Source: an uncultured Methanosarcinales archaeon (GTDB lineage: Archaea; Nanobdellota; Nanobdellia; Woesearchaeales; CAXGTL01). Taken from it: a DNA stretch of 20,000 nucleotides. The translations under genes were made by a program, and so were the position numbers. The notes beneath the pieces are model-generated. The model was not told the DNA's origin and made no database searches. It saw nothing but the letters and a program-made list of their open reading frames with translations. This document shows positions 1-7,519 of the stretch, piece after piece. The stretch is from assembly GCA_964535955.1 (NCBI GenBank), contig CAZHVK010000008.1, positions 52,435-72,434 on the forward strand, given 5' to 3'. How positions within the stretch are numbered: position 1 is the stretch's first letter; each line of letters opens with the position of its first letter.

Positions 1-1000
1 AATTATGCAAATAAACCCTAAAACTATCCACATATGGAGAATTCCTTAATTTTTTTAATGATCTTGATATGACAAGTCTTATTCCTTCCCTTGTCAAGTC
101 ATAATTTGCCTTGATTTCTTTTAAAGTTCTTTGAATTCCATCTCTTAAACCAAATCTCAACCTCATTATTTCAGCATCCCTCTCAGATAAATACTTTGAT
201 AAGAAGCCTTCCACCTCAGACTTTAGTGCCAATTTGATTGCTGCATCCTCAGTACCCAACCTATTGTCTTTAACAAAATAATATTTTGATACAACACCTT
301 TACCATCTTTTACTTTCTTGTCCAATGAATCACAAGTCTTATCATATCTTATTAATTCATTAAACCTTTCTTTAGAAATGTTTATTTCATGCGCCAGCTC
401 ATGATAATTAGGCTTTCTAAAATGTTTTCTAATGAACTTATTTTCAGTCCTAATCAGTTTGCCAATCAACTCGTAAATCCAAGTAGGAATCCTTATAGTT
501 CTGTCAGAATATATAATCTCATTAACAATCGCATTTCTTATTGACTTTCCTGCAAGATGAGATAGCTTTTTATTGAATTCAATCTTATATTTTCTTGCAC
601 ATCTTAGCAAAGCAATGTTTCCCTCTTGAATCAAATCAAGAAAATCCAGTTTTCTAGTATCATACTCTTTTGCTATTTTCACAACCAAAGGCAAATTATT
701 AGCAACTAAATCCTCTTCTGCTTCCTTGCTAAACTGCTTCTCCTTTCCTAATCTTAACTCTTCCTCAAGACTAAGAACTCTTACTTCTGGAAAACTAGTT
801 ATATATAACTTAAGGTTACTTTCCAAAAATTCTTTATCTTTAACATCATCTTCTTTTTTAGAATCAAATTCATCCCAATATTCAACATAATTAATATCTT
901 TGCGCAAGCTTGTACAAAATCTTTCTATTTTCCCATCAATATCAGAATCTAGAATAAGTAATGCAATTTCTGGTTCATATGCTGTTTGTACGTATTCCAT
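1..1000 (-). CDS. Sigma70-family (RpoD/RpoS-like) RNA polymerase sigma factor homolog, divergent copy A; 333 codons in window, stop lies beyond position 1
   Basis: Not in ORF track; translated by hand from ATG at 1000: MEYVQTAYEPE...SNLKLYITSFPEVRVLSLEEELRLGK (region 1.2)...LVANNLPLVVKIAKEY..RKLDFLDLIQEGNIALLRCARKY (2.1/2.2)...RTIRIP...RKPNYHELA (3)...LSERDAEIMRLRFGLRDGIQRTLKEIKANYDLTREGIRLVISRSLKKLR (4)...RVYLHN. Confidence 0.92.
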   Translation of the reverse strand, partial: MEYVQTAYEPEIALLILDSDIDGKIERFCTSLRKDINYVEYWDEFDSKKEDDVKDKEFLESNLKLYITSFPEVRVLSLEEELRLGKEKQFSKEAEEDLVANNLPLVVKIAKEYDTRKLDFLDLIQEGNIALLRCARKYKIEFNKKLSHLAGKSIRNAIVNEIIYSDRTIRIPTWIYELIGKLIRTENKFIRKHFRKPNYHELAHEINISKERFNELIRYDKTCDSLDKKVKDGKGVVSKYYFVKDNRLGTEDAAIKLALKSEVEGFLSKYLSERDAEIMRLRFGLRDGIQRTLKEIKANYDLTREGIRLVISRSLKKLRNSPYVDSFRVYLHN

Positions 1001-1025
1001 TTATATATTAGTTTATATTAAAGGA

Positions 1026-1040
1026 TTTATATATTTTACT
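1026..1040 (-). promoter_or_regulatory. Archaeal BRE-TATA promoter of sigma copy A (probably leaderless mRNA)
   Basis: Minus strand reads agtaaaa-TATATAAA, then 25 nt to the ATG at 1000; similar geometry to the archaeal genes in the window. Confidence 0.6.
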
Positions 1041-1042
1041 GA

Positions 1043-2113
1043 TTAATTATATTTCCAGAAATCAAAGAACTTTTTTCTGAACATTGGACAAGCTCTTAAT
1101 TTTCTAATTGCCTTTGCCTCAATCTGTCTTATTCTTTCCCTTACTACTCCATACTGCTCACCAATACATTGTAAAGTCCTAGGGATTCCATCTTTCAAGC
1201 CAAATCTTTGCACCATCACATCAACTTCTTTCTCAGATAAATAATGTTTTTCATTAAAAAAATAATCATACATACTTTTTCTTAGAACTGCATGATTGAC
1301 AGCATTATCAACATTAAAATTTTTGTTTTCTATAAAATCTGACAATGTTTCACCTCCCTCATAAATATAATTTAAAGAAAGACATTTATGATTAGCTTTC
1401 ATCAGTGTTTCTACTCTTTGTGGTTTATATCCAGAAGCTTGTGCAATCTCTAGATAAGTGGGTTTTCTTTTTAGTTTTTTTTCTAATTTTCTTTCATGTT
1501 GCAGTAATTGTGAAATTACTTGTACAGATTGAGCAGGTATTCTAATAGTTCTTGATTGTTCTTCAATAGCCCTTACAATTGATTGTCTAATCCTATATGG
1601 TGCATATGTTGAAAATTTGTAACCAAATTTATAATCCCATTTTTTAACAGCTTTCATCAGACCTTTATTACCTTCTTGAATAAGATCATTCCATTCTAAA
1701 CCTCTATTTTTAAACATTTTAGCAACATGCACTACTAAACAAAGGTTTGCCTCTGTAAAATCATTCTCTGCTTGTTTACTTCCTTGTTCAATTCGTTTTG
1801 CTATTTTTTTTTGTTCTTCAAACTCCCTTATACATGATTTTTTCATTATCTCTGTTCTGTATTGTGAAAAAGAATTTGTATAGTCAATGTCTGGGTTTTG
1901 TTTTTCTTTCTTGTTATCTTGTGTTATCTGTTCAAATATATCATTATGTATTTCATTATCATGCTTTTCATTAGATTTTGTCTTTTTTTCTTGTTGTTTA
2001 TTTATATTATATTCAAGAAGTTCTAATTCTATATTGTCTATTGATGTCTCTAGATTGACATTACACTTAAGATCAATATTCACCTCTTTTGTCAATGTTT
2101 GTGTTTTATACAT
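1043..2113 (-). CDS. Sigma70-family (RpoD/RpoS-like) RNA polymerase sigma factor homolog, copy B, 356 aa
   Basis: EANLCLVVHVAKMFKNRGLEWNDLIQEGNKGLMKAVKKWDYKFGYKFSTYA, RTIRIP, RKPTYLEIA, TLSDFIE and RFGLKDGIPRTLQCIGEQYGVVRERIRQIEAKAIRKLR match sigma70 regions 2, 3 and 4. Confidence 0.95.
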   Translation of the reverse strand: MYKTQTLTKEVNIDLKCNVNLETSIDNIELELLEYNINKQQEKKTKSNEKHDNEIHNDIFEQITQDNKKEKQNPDIDYTNSFSQYRTEIMKKSCIREFEEQKKIAKRIEQGSKQAENDFTEANLCLVVHVAKMFKNRGLEWNDLIQEGNKGLMKAVKKWDYKFGYKFSTYAPYRIRQSIVRAIEEQSRTIRIPAQSVQVISQLLQHERKLEKKLKRKPTYLEIAQASGYKPQRVETLMKANHKCLSLNYIYEGGETLSDFIENKNFNVDNAVNHAVLRKSMYDYFFNEKHYLSEKEVDVMVQRFGLKDGIPRTLQCIGEQYGVVRERIRQIEAKAIRKLRACPMFRKKFFDFWKYN

Positions 2114-2140
2114 AGTAATTTTGAGAAATCTAATTATTTG

Positions 2141-2156
2141 TTTTTAAAGTTTTTGG
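2141..2156 (-). promoter_or_regulatory. Archaeal BRE-TATA promoter of sigma copy B
   Basis: Minus strand reads ccaaaaac-TTTAAAAA, then 27 nt to the ATG at 2113. Confidence 0.6.
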
Positions 2157-2204
2157 TTATAGGACTAAAGATTTATATATACCAAAAGATTAAAAGGTAA
2201 TATA

Positions 2205-2531
2205 ATGAAATTTAAGGATTATAAATTAAAAATACATAATGTTGAAAAACATGTTAGATTAAATCCTGTAATGAAAACAAAAAAAGATTATGATGAAGAA
2301 ATTCTTAGATTAAATGAATATTATGAAAAGATAAGGACTTATGAAAAAGAAGTAGAAGAGGACAAGGATCTGACAGACAGTGAAAGAGAACAATTGGTAA
2401 TGTACTTAGGAGCTGTAAAAGACAAGATTGTTGATCAATTTAATAAAGTTACAGCTTTAGGTGATAAAATTATTAGAAAAAAGTTAGAAAAAGAGAATAA
2501 ATGGGTGCCTGTTTTTGAAAAAGCTGCTTAA
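2205..2531 (+). CDS. Hypothetical helical/charged protein, 108 aa, divergent from sigma copy B
   Basis: Clean ORF with upstream TTTATATA box and K/E-rich composition; no family recognised. Confidence 0.75.
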   Translation: MKFKDYKLKIHNVEKHVRLNPVMKTKKDYDEEILRLNEYYEKIRTYEKEVEEDKDLTDSEREQLVMYLGAVKDKIVDQFNKVTALGDKIIRKKLEKENKWVPVFEKAA

Positions 2532-3289
2532 GTGTGATTCATTTTCCATTTCTTCCTAAAAAACTTCAAAGCTTTATTTCTAAATTTAGAATCATTTATT
2601 TTTATAGTTATAGGTTCATCCCCCCACATACTTATCAAAACATGATCCTTAAATATCATCAAACCCCATGGAAAAACTTCATCAGTGTACTTAACTTTGT
2701 ATGTTTTTTTAGTTGTATACAGCTTTTCCCATTCTTTTTTAGATTCTTTTGGTGCTAAACCTTTTAAAATAAGTTTTTTATCTTTAGCAATTGTATCTAA
2801 TTGTAAAAAAAGATTATGAAGTTTTTCATCTTTTTGAAATTCTTTTGGTTGAGATATGAAAGGTGCTTCACTACCTTTTCTAGTATTAAAATAACTTTCC
2901 ATAAAAGCAGTTTTAAACCCTTTTCTTCCTTCATATATCTCTGCACTTGACTTTTTTGCTTGAGATTTAATTGATTTTAGTTTAGGTAAACTTTTTTTAA
3001 TTGTTTTTAGCTTTTTATCTAACACATTTTTCTGTTCCTGCACAAATCCAGTAAATACGTCAGGCTCTGCTGCATTATAATGCTTTATCTTACCTATTAA
3101 TACAAATGTCACAAGACCTTTTTCAATCAACTTATTGACATTATTATGAACAACAGATGATTGTAGATTTGTTTTTTTGATTATTTCACCGACTTTAGAT
3201 TGTCCTAATTCTAATAAAATTAAGTAAATCACAGCCTGAGCATGTGTCAAACCAATATTCTGCAATAATTCTATATCATTTCGATTCAT
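2528..3289 (-). CDS. TrmB-family transcriptional regulator (N-terminal winged HTH plus effector domain)
   Basis: LLQNIGLTHAQAVIYLILLELG..KVGEIIKKTNL..SVVHNNVNKLIEKGLV...HYNAAEP, followed by EIYEGRKG, typical of TrmB-like proteins. Confidence 0.88.
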   Translation of the reverse strand: MNRNDIELLQNIGLTHAQAVIYLILLELGQSKVGEIIKKTNLQSSVVHNNVNKLIEKGLVTFVLIGKIKHYNAAEPDVFTGFVQEQKNVLDKKLKTIKKSLPKLKSIKSQAKKSSAEIYEGRKGFKTAFMESYFNTRKGSEAPFISQPKEFQKDEKLHNLFLQLDTIAKDKKLILKGLAPKESKKEWEKLYTTKKTYKVKYTDEVFPWGLMIFKDHVLISMWGDEPITIKINDSKFRNKALKFFRKKWKMNHT

Positions 3290-3310
3290 ACTCTCCTAAG
3301 AAAGGAGAGT
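3290..3310. promoter_or_regulatory. Palindrome ACTCTCCT-N5-AGGAGAGT between TATA box and start codon of the TrmB-like gene (candidate operator)
   Basis: Perfect 8-bp inverted repeat at 3290-3297/3303-3310; minus-strand TATA box at 3314-3321. Confidence 0.45.
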
Positions 3311-3374
3311 TAGTATATAAATATTACTATTTGTTACTATTTTTTTATTACAAACTGCTTGAGATAGAGACAAA

Positions 3375-4226
3375 ATGGATTATAGAGACAAGATAAAATT
3401 TGCAGATGAAAAAAGTCCTGAATTTATTAAGAATATGGATTATTTTTTTAGAAATTCAAATGAGGATGTACAAATTACAACTGATTTTTTAAAAGAATTC
3501 AGGAAAAGATACAAACAACCAAAAACTAAGTTAGATTGGTTAGATGTTGGCACAGGACCTTGTGTTAAACCAATCATGATTTTAGAAGGAAGTAATAGAA
3601 ATAGTGGTTTGATAAATGATTTCAATGAAATATATATTGATGTTATTGAGCCTGAAGAATCTTGGCACGATATTTTTACACACAATCTTAATGAATTAGG
3701 ATTATATTGGTTAATAACAAATATTTTTAGTTCAACATGGGAAGATTTTGATCAAGATAAAAAGTATAATTTAATTACTTTTTTTCATTCAACATATGGG
3801 ATTGATCCTGAATCATTAGGAAAAGTGCCAAATATATTGCATGAAGGTGGAATTGCATGCATTATATTAGAAGATCCTGAATCTGCATTGTATAAAATTA
3901 AACAAAGAGTTAGTTCTTATATCAATTTAAGAGAAACAGTTTCATTTTCAAAAGAGATCTCTGATGTATTAAGTCAAAAAGGAATTTATCATGAAATTCA
4001 AAAAAATGAATCTAAGAGAATGCTTTATGTTGATGATCTATTGAAAGATGATGATATAACACAATTATCATTTTTATTACAGACAAAATTAGAGAATCAT
4101 GATAAAAGAATACAAAAAAAAGTATTAAATGAAATGAAAGATGAATTAAATAAACATATTAAAGAAGATCAAAATAGGAAAAAATATATAGAAACACCTG
4201 ATGAATTTATATGGGTCTATAACTAA
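3375..4226 (+). CDS. Class I SAM-dependent methyltransferase, 283 aa
   Basis: Motif I WLDVGTGP, acidic end of beta-2 (IDVIEP), TWEDF, YNLITFFHSTY, LHEGGIACII. Confidence 0.82.
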   Translation: MDYRDKIKFADEKSPEFIKNMDYFFRNSNEDVQITTDFLKEFRKRYKQPKTKLDWLDVGTGPCVKPIMILEGSNRNSGLINDFNEIYIDVIEPEESWHDIFTHNLNELGLYWLITNIFSSTWEDFDQDKKYNLITFFHSTYGIDPESLGKVPNILHEGGIACIILEDPESALYKIKQRVSSYINLRETVSFSKEISDVLSQKGIYHEIQKNESKRMLYVDDLLKDDDITQLSFLLQTKLENHDKRIQKKVLNEMKDELNKHIKEDQNRKKYIETPDEFIWVYN

Positions 4227-4236
4227 CTGCAGAATT

Positions 4237-4740
4237 TCACTCAATCAAATCAACTATATAATCACATTTATATTCTTGAATAATTGTTCCTACATCATAG
4301 AATTTTATCACATTAGAAAATTTAGATCTAATAACTCTTAAGACATCATCGAATTCTTTGAAATCTTTTGAACAAATTGCAATTGCTAGATCCCATTTAC
4401 CAGTCATCTTATTTACATAGATAATATTCTTATGCTGGGTTAAAAACCCAATAAATTTATCTTCAATTTCTGGAGTAAAATTAGACAAGCTAAACAAAAC
4501 ATAAGTATACATTGGATAACCTAATTTAGATGGATTCAAAAAAGCATGATACATACGAACAACCTTCAGATCTTCTAATCTTTTGATTCTATATTTTACA
4601 ACATCTCTTTGTAATTTTGTTTTTCTAGCTATCTGGCTAATAGATTGTCTTGCATTAAGCTGCAATTCTTTTAAGATCTTTTTATCTTTTTTATCTAACT
4701 TAACCTTTTCTCCAAACTCAATCAATGTATTTTTATGCAT
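4237..4740 (-). CDS. Lrp/AsnC-family transcriptional regulator
   Basis: LDKKDKKILKELQLNARQSISQIARKTKL..DVVKYRIKRLE HTH; LNPSKLGY; MTGKWDL RAM domain. ATG at 4740 preferred over TTG at 4749. Confidence 0.93.
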   Translation of the reverse strand: MHKNTLIEFGEKVKLDKKDKKILKELQLNARQSISQIARKTKLQRDVVKYRIKRLEDLKVVRMYHAFLNPSKLGYPMYTYVLFSLSNFTPEIEDKFIGFLTQHKNIIYVNKMTGKWDLAIAICSKDFKEFDDVLRVIRSKFSNVIKFYDVGTIIQEYKCDYIVDLIE

Positions 4741-4834
4741 AATATCCAAAATGGATGAAATAATATATAAACTTTTCTATTTTGGTGGAAAAATAGGACA
4801 TAAACATTTATATTATTAAGTTTATCATTTGACT

Positions 4835-5104
4835 ATGATGAAAGCAAATATACCACCTTGGCTTTGTTGGCTAATTGGAATATTGACCATAATTCCACTA
4901 TCAATTGATTCTGGAAGACAGTTTTATTTAGAAAATAAACTATATAATCAAATAGAAATAGTAGCAGACACCAATAATGATAATAGAACCAGCGTAGATG
5001 AATGGGCTGAAGTCTATAAAAAGTTAGGAATTTATTTTAATGATCTTGATCCAAAAGACCTTACAATAAAAGAAATGCAAAAATATTTATCAAGAAATAA
5101 CTAA
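4835..5104 (+). CDS. Small membrane-anchored/secreted protein with EF-hand-like loop
   Basis: N-terminal hydrophobic stretch WLCWLIGILTIIPLSI; DTNNDNRTSVDE fits a DxDxDG-like loop; TATA box upstream. ATG at 4835 preferred. Confidence 0.6.
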   Translation: MMKANIPPWLCWLIGILTIIPLSIDSGRQFYLENKLYNQIEIVADTNNDNRTSVDEWAEVYKKLGIYFNDLDPKDLTIKEMQKYLSRNN

Positions 5105-6528
5105 CCAACCAACTTCCTAACAACATCAACAATCTTTCTACCATCAGCCTTACCTTTTAACTTTGCCATGACTTTGCCAATCATTGCATTGAATGGTAAT
5201 CCTTTATTCTTGTCTATGATTGTCTTGACTTCAGACTCTAAATCAGAATCAGACATCAAATAATAGTTTGCAATAATATCTTTGACAGGCTTATTTTCCA
5301 CCAAGATCTTTTCCACTGAATCTTTTGAAATCTTTCCATCATTAAGCTCTTTAAACAATGTCTTGAAATCATCATTGGTAGGATGAATGTCTTTTTTATG
5401 TTTTTTTGATAACATTTTTGGTAATGAGATAAGGACTTCACCGATAAAACTTGGTTTTATGTTTGTGTGTTGTTCTGCTAATTGTTCAAATAATTTGTGT
5501 TTCTTAGCTTTTGTCAATGCTTTTGCTAAATCCTTACCGAGTTTGTGTTTTTTTTCAAGTTTTTCAGAAATATCATCAATTAATTCTGGTAATTCTAGTT
5601 TAGATGTGTCTGGTTTGTATGTTGGCAGGTCTGTCTCTGGATACATCCTAGCACCGCCAGGCATTGGTCTTAAGTAGGTAGAAGTGTAATCTTTTTTAAC
5701 ATTCCGCACGTGTGCATGTGTTTTTGTGTTTTGTTTTATTTCTTCTAATTGTCGCAAAACTTCATTTTCAATTGCTTTTGGTATTGATCTTATGTCTTGG
5801 AAACCTTTTACTTCTACCCTTGGATGACCTTTGATTGAAACATTTAGATCTTGCCGAATTGTGCCAAGACCTCGCCTAACACCTTCAACTGACCTGCATA
5901 TCATACCAATCTTTTGTGCAACTTCTTGTGCATGCATATTATCTTTGATATCAGGGCCTGTTGCAATCTCAATCAAACCAATTCCTAGTCTTGAAATGTT
6001 CCACAAAGTATAGTCTTCATGGTCTTGAATCTTTTTAGCTGCTTCTTCTTCTAATAAAACAATTGGTATTGTAACACGACCTTTTGATGTATCAATATAA
6101 CCATTTGTTGCGATAAGTGCTGTTCTTTGAAAACCTGACACATTAGAACCATCTATTACTGTTTTTCTCATGACTTGTATTTCATCAACAATCTTTGCAT
6201 TTAATAACAAAGCAATCTTTAGTGCTGTTTCTAGACATTTTGGATTTACTTGATGAGGTGGTTCTTCATCCATTTCAATCAAACAATTTGTGTCATTATA
6301 TGCTTCATAAACATGATATTTTTTTCTTTTTTGTTCATATGCAGCAGCTGTGTCAATTTTACCTGTCTCTCCAACAACTGCTCTGAGTTCTCTTTGAAAT
6401 GTATAATCTGGTTTATCATCTCTAATAACAGCAGAACATTTACAGAATAGTTTTTTTCCATCAAACTGTTGATGTGCTTCAATTCCACATAGGAATCCTA
6501 ATTTTTGGTAATCAAGTTGTTCTGACAT
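5101..6528 (-). CDS. gatE: Glu-tRNA(Gln) amidotransferase subunit E (short form)
   Basis: GFLCGIEAHQQ..KKLFC, DEEPPH, MRKTVIDGSNVSGFQRTAL, LEEEAA, RRGLGTIRQDLNVSI, RPMPGGARMYPETD, C-terminal Yqey-like domain. Confidence 0.95.
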   Translation of the reverse strand: MSEQLDYQKLGFLCGIEAHQQFDGKKLFCKCSAVIRDDKPDYTFQRELRAVVGETGKIDTAAAYEQKRKKYHVYEAYNDTNCLIEMDEEPPHQVNPKCLETALKIALLLNAKIVDEIQVMRKTVIDGSNVSGFQRTALIATNGYIDTSKGRVTIPIVLLEEEAAKKIQDHEDYTLWNISRLGIGLIEIATGPDIKDNMHAQEVAQKIGMICRSVEGVRRGLGTIRQDLNVSIKGHPRVEVKGFQDIRSIPKAIENEVLRQLEEIKQNTKTHAHVRNVKKDYTSTYLRPMPGGARMYPETDLPTYKPDTSKLELPELIDDISEKLEKKHKLGKDLAKALTKAKKHKLFEQLAEQHTNIKPSFIGEVLISLPKMLSKKHKKDIHPTNDDFKTLFKELNDGKISKDSVEKILVENKPVKDIIANYYLMSDSDLESEVKTIIDKNKGLPFNAMIGKVMAKLKGKADGRKIVDVVRKLVG

Positions 6529-6570
6529 TCTTATTTACTACATAAGCCCATGTTCTATTTAAAAGTTACT

Positions 6571-7245
6571 TTAAAATTTAAGATATCCAATCTCTATGAG
6601 CTTTTTTGTTATCTCATTCTCAATGATCAAGCATGATAAGTTTCTGTTACAGATCAGTTCCAGATAACTTTCATTACCTGTCTCGAGATAAAGATTAAAA
6701 AACACAGGACAAAGACCTCCATCTGAAAAAGGAATTGGTGATTTAATCTTGAATTTACGCATTGCTTCGTTTTTTGACATATGTCCAAGCTTAATATCTC
6801 GAAATCTTAGATTTTTCATAAGATATTCTGCTTTTTGTCTGTCAGAAGCTTGTTTAAGAAGATTCTTTGTCATGTTTTCATCAAATTTTTTATAATAAGC
6901 TAAAATGTCTTGTAAACATTCTTCTTGTGTTTCTCTATTTGTTTGTGTTAAACAGAGTTCATGCACAGCCCTGTCAGCATATATTGCATCTGTGCGTGGA
7001 TCTCCTGGTTTTACTTTTCTTACAACCTGGATAATCATTCCTTTATCAAAGATTCCATAAACAACAGTGTTCATCTTGTCATAATTCCAGCTGACACCTA
7101 GATCACTATCACTTTCAGCTGTTTCTGCATCACCTATTACATGTTCTGCATAGAATTCTCTATCACCAAAATAAAGATCTTCTGACTTGTATAATAATAC
7201 ATCATAAACATCATGTCTTTCAAAAATTCTATCTTTATAAGACAT
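6571..7245 (-). CDS. Hypothetical protein, 224 aa
   Basis: Long ORF with GAGGTGA Shine-Dalgarno (plus strand tcacctc 7250-7256) and TATA box upstream; no family recognised. Confidence 0.75.
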   Translation of the reverse strand: MSYKDRIFERHDVYDVLLYKSEDLYFGDREFYAEHVIGDAETAESDSDLGVSWNYDKMNTVVYGIFDKGMIIQVVRKVKPGDPRTDAIYADRAVHELCLTQTNRETQEECLQDILAYYKKFDENMTKNLLKQASDRQKAEYLMKNLRFRDIKLGHMSKNEAMRKFKIKSPIPFSDGGLCPVFFNLYLETGNESYLELICNRNLSCLIIENEITKKLIEIGYLKF

Positions 7246-7325
7246 CTTATCACCTCAAACCTTAGTAAGAAATTTTGTCTGAGTTTATAAAATTTTATAT
7301 TGTAAAATAGTAGTGAAACTTTGAG

Positions 7326-7449
7326 AATAATAGTTAAACTCTTTCGTTCGCATGCTCAATGTTTTTATCATGATCAATTGACCATCAGTTAAGTTTTACA
7401 ATCCTAATAATTGCTCACTGGCCTTACAGGCAAGAGTTTAACTATTATT
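7326..7449. repeat. Perfect 18-bp inverted repeat with 88-nt spacer
   Basis: aataatagttaaactctt (7326-7343) is the exact reverse complement of aagagtttaactattatt (7432-7449); weaker outer arms agtgaa/ttcact and tgtaa/ttaca. Confidence 0.9.
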
Positions 7450-7519
7450 TGTAAATTCTATGTTCACTTCTACCTAATTATTACAAATGCTTATATAAGA
7501 ACTATTAATCCCACCACTT

